From Candidatus Obscuribacterales bacterium (GTDB taxonomy: Bacteria > Cyanobacteriota > Vampirovibrionia > Obscuribacterales > Obscuribacteraceae): a stretch of DNA of 64,000 nt. The position numbers were made by a program, and so were the translations under genes. A model generated the notes under the pieces. It had not been told where the DNA came from. It saw only the letters and a list, made by a program, of their open reading frames with translations, and did not search any database. The stretch's first letter is position 1, and each line of letters begins with the position of its first letter. Shown piece by piece: positions 1 through 8,295 of the stretch. The stretch covers positions 657,519-721,518 of the forward strand of contig JAHBVO010000002.1 of NCBI GenBank assembly GCA_019637435.1. The letters are read 5' to 3'.

Positions 1-65
1 CTCCTGCTAAGTAGACTGCTGGAACTCAGTCCGCTTCGATCCCATCTCGATTGCATCTCCAGCTA

Positions 66-95
66 AATTGAAACGCGCCCCTGGTGGAGGCGCGA
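66..95 (-). terminator. Putative intrinsic terminator downstream of the metalloprotease gene
   Basis: GC stem cgcgcc (74-79) pairs with ggcgcg (89-94). Read on the minus strand it is followed by TTTCAATTT. Confidence 0.4.
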
Positions 96-127
96 TTCTG
101 CTTGAGGAGAGTGGAAAAAAACTTTTG

Positions 128-1207
128 TCAGTTATACCAGCCGCGTTGCTCTGCTGCACGACGCATGAATTCCCGCATGACTGCTTGCCTGTTCATTCCG
201 TGCCTGAAGCGCGGACCATGATGGACGTAACTTCTGTTGCCGTTTATCCATGGTGGCGCATATGGTGCCGAGTGCCCTCGAAGATCGCTGTTATCGAATG
301 GCACAATCCCGTCGTCGTCAGCGAACTCCCGTCTCATCATGCTGCTCCGAGTTGATGATGCAACAGTATTCCTGGCTCCTGTCGAATATAAGCGTGCCAG
401 CGTGTTTACGTCTCTCGCCTTAAGGCGTGCCACCTGGTGCTCGTTCACGGTGGGATACATTATATCGGTTGGAACATCAGAGTGACCTTGCAGGCCGAGC
501 GCATGTCCTACTTCATGGAGACAGGTTTTGCGCATAGCGTCCTCGTTGAAAGGGCGTCCCATCAGTTCGGTGAGAATGCTTATTTGTGCATTCATAATTT
601 TTCCATCGCCCGTTAACTTGTTCTGTTGAACAAGCGTTTTTGTTTGTCCCGCTTCTACTGCGCCCGGACGAATGTTCGGACTGCTAGTCCAGGAAACCAT
701 CACATCTGATTTGTTCGGGTTTTGAACTTCGCGCCAGCTCATGGTTCCACTTGAAGAATCGCACCAGGCATTGAATGCGTCGACCATCATCTGTCGATAG
801 CCTGGTTGGTAGCCGGAGACACCGTATCCATCAGCGATATAGACATCAATCGGCAGCTTGTCCGGCGACCAGCGAAAGTTTCCCTCGGTGTTAACTGCAT
901 CTAGATAGTCCGGCTCGTTAGCCGTTGATGGTCCATTGGTCGGCGCCATTCCTGGAGGTGCAAAACCTCCTGGATAGCCCTGTGGCGTTGAATACGCCTG
1001 ACGACGCTCACTGAAAACTGCCAGTATTTTCTCGCTTTTCCGCCCTGGGCGAGCGACGTGCTCAGATTCTTTCTTTGGAACTTGCGTCGCTGTTTGGTGA
1101 AGCGGAGGAGGCGTTTGAAAGAGATAGACGCCGGCGATTGCCCAGACGATTGCCACGATAGCGAATGGCACTGTCAGTGCCAGTGGCCAGAGTTTTCTGT
1201 TTTCCAT
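128..1207 (-). CDS. Membrane-anchored or secreted matrixin-like (M10) zinc metalloprotease
   Basis: 359-aa ORF with an N-terminal hydrophobic helix (LWPLALTVPFAIVAIVWAIAGVYLF). It carries the zinc-binding signature HEVGHALGLQGHSD (HExxHxxGxxH). Confidence 0.8.
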   Translation of the reverse strand: MENRKLWPLALTVPFAIVAIVWAIAGVYLFQTPPPLHQTATQVPKKESEHVARPGRKSEKILAVFSERRQAYSTPQGYPGGFAPPGMAPTNGPSTANEPDYLDAVNTEGNFRWSPDKLPIDVYIADGYGVSGYQPGYRQMMVDAFNAWCDSSSGTMSWREVQNPNKSDVMVSWTSSPNIRPGAVEAGQTKTLVQQNKLTGDGKIMNAQISILTELMGRPFNEDAMRKTCLHEVGHALGLQGHSDVPTDIMYPTVNEHQVARLKARDVNTLARLYSTGARNTVASSTRSSMMRREFADDDGIVPFDNSDLRGHSAPYAPPWINGNRSYVHHGPRFRHGMNRQAVMREFMRRAAEQRGWYN

Positions 1208-1473
1208 TTTGCACCCGAGAGAATTGCGCCCACGTTGCTACACGTGGGAAACCCCGCCCCGAGCCGCTCGTGCTCTGGGCATCTGATTAAGAACATTTGA
1301 CTATGTGCGAATCTTTTTGTTCCGCGAACATCGAGAAACTCGACGCAGATTTCGCTCACGTAATTTTCAGTATACTCAAAGGATTATCAAATCGGCGCGT
1401 GGCTTTTGAAACTTCCTCACCTACTACGCTTGGCATTTCCCGAGACTGTCATCGACCACGCCGTTTATGTGAT

Positions 1474-2082
1474 TTAAGCCGATGGGGTTGGAACCAGCTC
1501 GCTATGAATGCCATTCAAGAACACGGAGGTGGCAACGTCTGCAAACTGACTTTCGGAGATGGGACCCGTCGGTTTGAACCAGGTGTACGTCCAGTTAATC
1601 GCGCCCATCAAATACATTGATAGTGAGGTCACCATACTGTCGTTCAAATCCGGGCGAAGCTTTGTGAGAATATCTTTGATGGTTCGTAAAACCGACTTCT
1701 CAAGCCCTTTTATCGTTGCCTGTTGTTCTGCAGCAAGGCAGTGCAAATTGTTCAGCAACACGATGTGACGTTCTCTTGAACTCATGTACAACTTCATCAA
1801 AGCCCGTACCAACTGCTGGAGTTGCGCCTCTGGTTCGTCCGTTTGCTGCAGTGCCGTGTTCGCCGTATTAACCAAGATCTGGCAATGCGAATGCAGCATA
1901 TCGTAGAGCAGCGCATCTTTCGACGAGTAATAATGATACAGCAGCGCCTTCGAAACACCGCATCGTGCCGCGATGTCGGCGATCGATGTGCCATCATATC
2001 CGCGATCTGCGAACATGGTAGCTGCGGTGTCCAAAATTTCCTGGCGCCGCTGTTCATAATTGTCAGCGCGTGGTCTAGCCAT
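1474..2082 (-). CDS. TetR/AcrR family transcriptional regulator
   Basis: N-terminal HTH region RRQEILDTAATMFADRGYDGTSIADIAARCGVSKALLYHYYSSKDALL is typical of TetR. It lies 47 bp downstream of the di-iron gene on the same strand. Confidence 0.9.
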   Translation of the reverse strand: MARPRADNYEQRRQEILDTAATMFADRGYDGTSIADIAARCGVSKALLYHYYSSKDALLYDMLHSHCQILVNTANTALQQTDEPEAQLQQLVRALMKLYMSSRERHIVLLNNLHCLAAEQQATIKGLEKSVLRTIKDILTKLRPDLNDSMVTSLSMYLMGAINWTYTWFKPTGPISESQFADVATSVFLNGIHSELVPTPSA

Positions 2083-2129
2083 AATATGCGCCCCTTGATT
2101 GCATGTTTAAAACTGCGATTGGTTTCCGG

Positions 2130-3212
2130 TTAAAAAATTGGAACGATTTTGTCAGCGTCAAAAGCAACGTCTTCACCGTCAACGTCAATTTCCGGCAGCG
2201 CCGGGAACTTGACACCGTGCGGCTCTACGATAGTTTTCAGTCTGACGACTGCAGTTCTCCAGTTAGCTCTGCGCTCTTCGAGCGTGAGAATTCCAAATCC
2301 GGCCGTGCGAGCAACTTCTTCAAGCATGCGCTGTGCGGGCAGGAAGGTGGGCGGCAGATGCCAGAATTCTGCCGGCGGTTCGTAAAGAATTCCGGAGAGG
2401 AAAATAAATCCCGCTCGGAATTGTTTCGTCACCGTCATCTTCTCTTCTTCGCTCATCTTCGGAAGCACTTCTTTCAAAAGTGCCAGGCAGAAGCTCAGGT
2501 GGCGTCCTTCGTCTCGACCTATGTTGCGGAATGCTTCTTTGAAGACAGGGATGGTGGTGTTTTGATACATGCTGTGGAAAAGCGTGGATGATGCAACTTC
2601 GCCGAAGAGGAAGGAGCTGAACAGGATGCCCATCGGATACATCTCGACGGCGCGTTTGTAGCCGTTCCAATAACGTGCACCATTGTGATACAACCATTGG
2701 ATGTTGTTTCTTGCAAGCTTGCCGAGTTCTGTTTCCGGCTCGTAGCCTAGCGGGCCGTTGGGTGTTAACAACGTGATAGCCTTCCCACAAACTTCTTCGT
2801 GATTCATCTCGTCGCGCGTGACTGAGAAGAAGCACTTGCGAATTGCGTCTTCCTCGTGTGTTTCGTAAGCGTGGATCATTGCCCGTGCAAATACCGCGGG
2901 GCCTGACGCATCGAAAACCGAGAGCAGTGCAAACCAGTAGGCGATTGCGTAGCGTTGATCGAGAGTCATGCTCTCAACGTCCAATTCATGCCATGGCAGT
3001 TGAGCGGGCGACCAACCTGGATCGCGAGAGTCATTGTAAATCTCCATCAAGCGAGGAGTTTCTACGCGCCAATCGAAAGGAAACAGATTCAGCCTGTCGG
3101 TAATCTTCGGTGCCTCTTCTGCGTTGAGCAGAAGTTGTTCAGGACTCACCATCGCATCGAACTCGACCGGTGGTTTGACTAACTTGCTATCCTGCGCGTT
3201 TTTCGTCGCCAT
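2130..3212 (-). CDS. Ferritin-like di-iron carboxylate protein (R2/AurF-like oxygenase fold)
   Basis: 360-aa ORF with two ExxH motifs (RDEMNHEE and GRDEGRHLSF) and additional spaced Glu residues (THEEDAIRK, FGEVASS). The specific family was not recognised. Confidence 0.55.
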   Translation of the reverse strand: MATKNAQDSKLVKPPVEFDAMVSPEQLLLNAEEAPKITDRLNLFPFDWRVETPRLMEIYNDSRDPGWSPAQLPWHELDVESMTLDQRYAIAYWFALLSVFDASGPAVFARAMIHAYETHEEDAIRKCFFSVTRDEMNHEEVCGKAITLLTPNGPLGYEPETELGKLARNNIQWLYHNGARYWNGYKRAVEMYPMGILFSSFLFGEVASSTLFHSMYQNTTIPVFKEAFRNIGRDEGRHLSFCLALLKEVLPKMSEEEKMTVTKQFRAGFIFLSGILYEPPAEFWHLPPTFLPAQRMLEEVARTAGFGILTLEERRANWRTAVVRLKTIVEPHGVKFPALPEIDVDGEDVAFDADKIVPIF

Positions 3213-3356
3213 GTTTTGCTCTCTCTGAAGAGGGGATGAAACTGTTGCGGTTCAAATTGACTAGTGGTCGTCAATCTTAATTAACCAACCGACCGGTCGA
3301 TTAATATTATATCGCATTTTAGTCGAAAATCTAGTCCCATATAGCTAATCGGCGGC

Positions 3357-3385
3357 CTCTAATGGTTGCTTCTACTATTTATAGA
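3357..3385. repeat. Left arm of an imperfect 29-bp inverted repeat flanking the 33-bp tandem array
   Basis: ctctaatggttgcttctactatttataga matches the reverse complement of 3589-3617 at about 25-26 of 29 positions. Confidence 0.8.
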
Positions 3386-3424
3386 AAGCAAATTGAGCCT
3401 CTTAAGACTCTTGCGAAAGCCCTC

Positions 3425-3571
3425 ATGCTCGAAACCCTAACCCGTGCGCCGGCAATTATGCTCGAAACTCTGACCCGTGCGCCGGCAATTATGCTCGAAA
3501 CGCTGACCCGTGCGCCGACAATGATGCTCGAAACTCTGATCCGTGCGCCGGCACTTATGCTCGAAACTCTG
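3425..3571. repeat. Tandem repeat, 33-bp unit, 4 full copies plus a 15-bp partial copy
   Basis: Units begin at 3425, 3458, 3491, 3524 and 3557. Consensus is atgctcgaaactctgacccgtgcgccggcaatt. Units are directly abutting with no spacers. Confidence 0.95.
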
Positions 3572-3588
3572 GCAGGAAGTTTTTCAAG

Positions 3589-3617
3589 TCTATAAATGAT
3601 AGAAGTAACCATAAGAG
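3589..3617. repeat. Right arm of the imperfect 29-bp inverted repeat
   Basis: tctataaatgatagaagtaaccataagag is the reverse complement partner of 3357-3385. Confidence 0.8.
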
Positions 3618-3712
3618 TTCATTAGAGAGAGGGCAATGGCGTCTGCTATAACCGCAACCCCTGAAAAATTGCCAGTGGCAAGAAAGCTTCTAAGATGCGC
3701 TAAATCCTAAAT

Positions 3713-4228
3713 ATGAACCAAGAATTTCAAGAGATTCATATACGCAATCTGCACAAGGTCAACGATTGGCTCTACCGCGGCGGTCAGCCTGACGAGGTGG
3801 GTTTGCGCGAACTCTATAATCACGGCATTCGGGCGGTCATCAGTTTCCGCTGGCGCGATTCGGTCAATCAATGGGAGCGCGCCGCCTGCGAAAAGATTGG
3901 TCTGAAATTCTATTCGATTCCGTTGAACTACATGAAGGTGCCGCGAGCGCATCATATTGAAACATTCTTTCAAATCCTGGACGACCTCGGAAATAGATCG
4001 GTCTTTGTTCACTGCTTCCACGGATCAGATCGGACCGGTTTGATGTGCGGCATCTATCGCATTACGAGAGACGGATGGACTGTCAAAGAAGCATACAAAG
4101 AAATGAAAGCCTGCGGATTTCATCGCTTCAGAATTCGACCATTCAAGTGGTGTCTCTGGCAGTACTACGCTTCTCATCTCAAATCACAAGCGGCCGCCGA
4201 TCGAGCTTTGAAACAAGCTCAAGGTTAA
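3713..4228 (+). CDS. Cysteine-dependent protein tyrosine / dual-specificity phosphatase family protein (cytoplasmic paralogue)
   Basis: P-loop VHCFHGSDRTGLMCGIYR (HCx5R). Clear paralogue of 23006-23653. No signal peptide. Confidence 0.8.
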   Translation: MNQEFQEIHIRNLHKVNDWLYRGGQPDEVGLRELYNHGIRAVISFRWRDSVNQWERAACEKIGLKFYSIPLNYMKVPRAHHIETFFQILDDLGNRSVFVHCFHGSDRTGLMCGIYRITRDGWTVKEAYKEMKACGFHRFRIRPFKWCLWQYYASHLKSQAAADRALKQAQG

Positions 4229-4352
4229 ACAGACTCTTCCTGCGACGTCTCTGGCTTGGCTGGAGCGATGAATCTGATTAGACGCGACTCTATTTTTAGC
4301 ACTCGACTTTCGGATGCTCATGAACTGTTTTGAAGTCGCGGTGCTTGTTGGC

Positions 4353-5348
4353 TCAGGTCGCCGTAGCTCGTGGAACGTAGATATCCACTGCAGCAGGCAG
4401 TACTGATACCGTCACTGGTGTCGTTCCAAATTCGTCACCGTCGAGCATTGTGGTCGGTTGCTTATCGTCTTCATCGACGGGAGCGGCGGCTTCCTGCGGC
4501 ACCGGAAGTGCACTTGCGATCAGCTGAGGCGTGCTCAATTCGTGTAATGCTTCGATTGTCACCGTGCTGACATCGAACATCTTGTACGGGACGTTATCGG
4601 TTTCCGCGCTCCCGAGGAACCAGGCGCCGAAGCGCATGGCGATGCCAACGTATTCATCGAGATTTTGAGGGTCGAGAATGATCAGGTTCAACTTCCCATC
4701 TTGCAAACTGCTGGCGTCGGCGCGTTGACCGATTCCGAGTTCTTGCGGATTTGTGACAAAGATGGCCGAGGCATTGCACTCGACAGTTTTTCCGTCGGCG
4801 ACGATGCGAAATTTGTAAGGGCGCTCGAACATCGCTTTCATTAATGGTCTGACGTAGCTAAACATTCCGTGCGCTCCCTTCTCCGACTTGCCAGGTGTGG
4901 TGACAGCCATGGCGATCGGACCAACTGCGACGTCTAGCGCAAATGGAACGCCGTTTGCTTCTCCCAGGTCAATTGGGAGAAGACGACCGTTTTTGATAGT
5001 ATCCAGTGCCAGTTCAAGCATCTCCTCTTTGTTTTCTGTTTTCAAACCTAAACAGTCGGCAAACAAATTTCCGGTTCCAGCTGGAATGATGCCGATTGGT
5101 ATTCGCTTTGGTGCGCGAGCCAGTTTTGCAAGAACCCGACCGACGGTGCCGTCCCCGCCCATCGCAATCGCCCGGTCAGCTGCCAGAAGCTGCTCTTCGG
5201 TCACTTTGTCTGTTTCAACGATGACGGACTCATCGCCGGTCATCTCGTGTAAATACTCTGAAATTGAACCCATTTGTTCTGTGCAGGACTCGAAAGAACC
5301 CGCTTCCTGATTGCAGAACACCAGCGTCGTCATTATTTCCGTCCTCAA
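4353..5348 (-). CDS. Diacylglycerol/lipid kinase family protein (YegS/DAGK catalytic domain)
   Basis: Motifs GGDGTVGRVL and IIPAGTGNLF are characteristic of the DAGK_cat fold. The true start may be the internal Met at 5333. Confidence 0.8.
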   Translation of the reverse strand: MRTEIMTTLVFCNQEAGSFESCTEQMGSISEYLHEMTGDESVIVETDKVTEEQLLAADRAIAMGGDGTVGRVLAKLARAPKRIPIGIIPAGTGNLFADCLGLKTENKEEMLELALDTIKNGRLLPIDLGEANGVPFALDVAVGPIAMAVTTPGKSEKGAHGMFSYVRPLMKAMFERPYKFRIVADGKTVECNASAIFVTNPQELGIGQRADASSLQDGKLNLIILDPQNLDEYVGIAMRFGAWFLGSAETDNVPYKMFDVSTVTIEALHELSTPQLIASALPVPQEAAAPVDEDDKQPTTMLDGDEFGTTPVTVSVLPAAVDIYVPRATAT

Positions 5349-5581
5349 TATTTGGTTTGTTAAAACCAGCTATCACCTCGTGGTAATAGCGACTATCTCG
5401 TTTTTAGCCTACTTTGAAAGGAATGATGCCGCAGCAGTTTGTAGCTGAACGGCCACACTCTTATCGTTTCTCAGTGTAACCGCATGTGGTGCTCCGGAAG
5501 GAAACAGCCTTCCTCATTGCGGCGCGCTCAGGAATATGGTGCTAGGCTTGAGGCATAGAGTGAAAACGGAGGCGCAACCGG

Positions 5582-6157
5582 TTGAAAACCAGGAAAGTTT
5601 TTTCGGCTCTAATGCTCATTTTGACCTGCACGGCGAGTTTCAATTTCGCCGCAAGTGCTGCACTTTCGAAGAATGAAAAGGCGATTGCCCAGAAGAAGGA
5701 GGTTGAGACAAAAGCCGGTGGAGCAAAAAACGCGATCGAGGCCAAAGTTGATAACCAGGCGAAAAACCGTTCCGACAGCTACTGGAAGAAAAAGCTCGAC
5801 CCAAAAGTTTATGAGGTCACAAGGTGCAGCGCTACAGAAGCTCCGTTTACAGGCAAGTACTGGGATAACCATAAGCCGGGCGAGTACAAGTGCAGCAATT
5901 GCGGCGAGCTTTTATTCGACTCCAGAGATAAGTTCGATTCAGGCTCAGGCTGGCCGAGTTTTTCAAAACCGACTGGTGCCTCCGTCGACAAAAAGGTCGA
6001 TAAGTCGCATGGTATGGTACGCGACGAAGTTATTTGCAAAAACTGCGGGGCGCACCTGGGTCATGTGTTTAATGACGGTCCGACTGCCACAGGAATGAGA
6101 TACTGCATCAACTCAGCTTCTCTGGATTTCGACGAGGATAAATCCCGCAAGAAGTAG
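5582..6157 (+). CDS. msrB: Peptide-methionine (R)-S-oxide reductase MsrB with N-terminal signal peptide
   Basis: SelR/MsrB signature: two CxxC zinc motifs (CSNCG, CKNCG), GWPSF, HLGHVFNDGP and RYCINS. Signal-like N-terminus KVFSALMLILTCTASFNFAASA. TTG start preceded by ggagg. Confidence 0.9.
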   Translation: MKTRKVFSALMLILTCTASFNFAASAALSKNEKAIAQKKEVETKAGGAKNAIEAKVDNQAKNRSDSYWKKKLDPKVYEVTRCSATEAPFTGKYWDNHKPGEYKCSNCGELLFDSRDKFDSGSGWPSFSKPTGASVDKKVDKSHGMVRDEVICKNCGAHLGHVFNDGPTATGMRYCINSASLDFDEDKSRKK

Positions 6158-6216
6158 TTGTCCATCCCGTCGCGTTTTCGCTCCACTGCTGTTTTCAAAC
6201 CAGTCGTTTTAGAGAG

Positions 6217-6273
6217 CCGAAAAAAATCCCCAAAATTAGAGCCGCCCGGGCTCCTGGATTCCCGAGCGGCTCT
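6217..6273 (-). terminator. Strong intrinsic terminator read on the minus strand
   Basis: A 13-bp stem (agagccgctcggg / cccgggcggctct, one G-U pair) with a 10-nt loop. On the minus strand it is followed by AATTTTGGGGATTTTTTTCGG. Confidence 0.7.
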
Positions 6274-6747
6274 ATCCTTCGGACAGACTTTCCGAGCACA
6301 GCGCCTGAATGGTCAAGTGAAATCATCTTGAATGCGCGATGCCAGCCATACTCGGTAGCCAGTGTCCAATGCTGTAAGAGGATAGGGTCTCGCGCCTGCG
6401 ATTGATTTTTCGCCATGGTCGCTCGGTGTGTACCTTTCAACGTCTTACCGGCGACCCTATCCTTTAAAATCCGTCCTCCTCACTAGTGATTTGTCCCGCT
6501 GGGCTTCGTTCCCCTCGGTAAATTCATCATCGTTCGGACGGGCGTAAAGGAAACATCAAAATTTTCCTGAAATTCGTAAAGTCCGTGCAAGACCGCCGCT
6601 CGGACGTTTCCGGCTGCGAATTGTTCCTTCGGGTGATTACGCAAATCAGAGAAATGCTCTATGCTGGGTATGCGTGTGCATCGCTGAAAGATGGATTAGC
6701 CCTCCATCCCGGGTTTACGCCGGTTCTTTCGGCGACAGACAGGTATC

Positions 6748-8268
6748 ATGAGCAGAATCCTACGACCGGAAGACATCAGCGAAGATGATCTCGTAGTGCC
6801 CGAAAGGGCGCTTTATCGTGTATTGCTGGTGCGTGGACGTGATGAGAATGCTATCGTCCTCAATCACCTCGAGACGACCGCCTGTCGCGAGTTCGACTTC
6901 AGCGTTGCCGATAGTGTTGAGGACGCCCTTGCCGTTTTAGCAGATCAGACTTTTGACCTGCTGGTTCTTGGGGTGAATGCCCCGGCCGGGCAAGAATTTG
7001 ACGCGTTTGACTGCATTAAAAAAGTGTCTTCTGATTTGCCGGTCGTTATCCTCTCTAATACAAAGGATAGAGAAATCGCGATAGCGGCGGTAAAACGCGG
7101 AGCTCACGATTTCTTGATGACCAATTCTTCTTATCCTATCGAGTTGGTCAAACTGCGTTTGCTTTATTCTATTGAACGCAGTCGCACAGAACGCGCGGCT
7201 CGGTCGCTTGCAAAAACAGAAAAGTTTGCGCTGCGAAGCGTAGTCGAAAATTCGCCGCTGATGTTTCTCCGCCTCGATCGAAATTACGTAATTCGTGATT
7301 GCAACAGAAACTTCGCCGATGTGCTTCAGCGACCGCGATCGCAAATTCGACGCCGGTCGATTTTTGATTTTCTTCCCGAATTTTCGGAAAGAGAGATTGA
7401 TACTTTGTCCGCCGGCGGACAACTTCCTCGTAAAAATTTCACCCTTAAAGATCACGAAACGGGCGAACAGCGAGAAGTTTATTGGAATTGCTTTGGCTGG
7501 CCTTTTTATAAAACCAATCGCGACGAACGCGAACACATCATCGTTTCAATCGACGTTACGCGCGAAGTGCAGTTGGACCAGTTTAGAGAAGAGTTTTTAG
7601 CTGCAGTCGCTCACGATATTAAGAACCCCGTGGTCGGTCAGGAGCGTATACTTTCAGCTCTTTTGAAGACCTACCCGAATCTGCCGCCTGATGTCACCGC
7701 ATCCCTCACCACGATGCGAAACAGCGGTCTGCAATTGCTGAACCTGTTAAGTACTCTGGTTGAAATCTATCGATTTGATTCCGGTGAATTCCCGGCTCTG
7801 AGCGGTGGCGCTTCGCTCAACGAAGCAATCGAATCGCAGTTTGAAGAACTCCAATGCATCGCTATCGCTTCAGACCGAAATGTTACTTTGCAGTTGGAAG
7901 AAAATCTTCCTCCTGCTTCCGTCGATCCTACAGCGGCTTATCGACTCGTGGCAAACCTGGTCCACAACGCGCTTCAACACGCGGCGAAAAAGACGGATAT
8001 CATCGTGCGAACTCATTCCGACAGCGATTTCGTCACCATCGAAGTTAATAATCAAGGACCGCCTATCAAGCCCGCGACAATGGCAAAACTCTTCCAACGA
8101 TTTACGCGTGCATCTAACGGTGCAGTGAGAGCTAACTCGTCAGGTTTGGGGTTGTATCTCTGCAAGCAGACCGTCGAAAAATGCGGCGGTTCGATCATGT
8201 GTGTTTCCGAAGATGGAACAGGTACAACATTCGTTGCCACATTGCCCAGAGCGCTTTCGCTTTTATAA
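6748..8268 (+). CDS. Sensor histidine kinase with N-terminal degenerate receiver domain and a PAS-like domain
   Basis: REC-like N-terminus (DLLVLGVNAP, PVVILSNT), H-box AAVAHDIKNPV, and HATPase motifs (HNALQHA, NNQGPPI, GLGLYLCKQ). Confidence 0.85.
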   Translation: MSRILRPEDISEDDLVVPERALYRVLLVRGRDENAIVLNHLETTACREFDFSVADSVEDALAVLADQTFDLLVLGVNAPAGQEFDAFDCIKKVSSDLPVVILSNTKDREIAIAAVKRGAHDFLMTNSSYPIELVKLRLLYSIERSRTERAARSLAKTEKFALRSVVENSPLMFLRLDRNYVIRDCNRNFADVLQRPRSQIRRRSIFDFLPEFSEREIDTLSAGGQLPRKNFTLKDHETGEQREVYWNCFGWPFYKTNRDEREHIIVSIDVTREVQLDQFREEFLAAVAHDIKNPVVGQERILSALLKTYPNLPPDVTASLTTMRNSGLQLLNLLSTLVEIYRFDSGEFPALSGGASLNEAIESQFEELQCIAIASDRNVTLQLEENLPPASVDPTAAYRLVANLVHNALQHAAKKTDIIVRTHSDSDFVTIEVNNQGPPIKPATMAKLFQRFTRASNGAVRANSSGLGLYLCKQTVEKCGGSIMCVSEDGTGTTFVATLPRALSLL

Positions 8269-8295
8269 CTGATGAGAGACCTGAGCAGCTCGGGT

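Noticed and set aside
2103-3182. Multiple 60-170-aa ORFs on both strands inside the di-iron gene and TetR gene (for example 2103-2591 plus, 2320-2835 minus).
   Set aside because: They are nested within longer ORFs that carry recognisable family motifs. They have biased, Arg/Ser-rich composition typical of out-of-frame translation.
3425-3571. Possible CRISPR array, given the regularly spaced ~33-bp repeats.
   Set aside because: The units abut directly with no intervening unique spacers, there are only 4.5 copies, and no cas genes are nearby. It is a simple tandem repeat.
6195-6440. An 81-aa minus-strand ORF in the msrB-kinase gap. I also considered RNase P RNA, tmRNA and a riboswitch for this region.
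   Set aside because: - **ORF:** it runs through the terminator hairpin and has no SD or recognisable domain.
- **RNase P:** I could not find its GGAAAGUCCGGGC-type core in the right place.
- **tmRNA:** I could not find a tRNA-like end (GGUUCGA...CCA).
- **Riboswitch:** I could not find any riboswitch core that I recognise.

The region is retained only as an unclassified ncRNA candidate.
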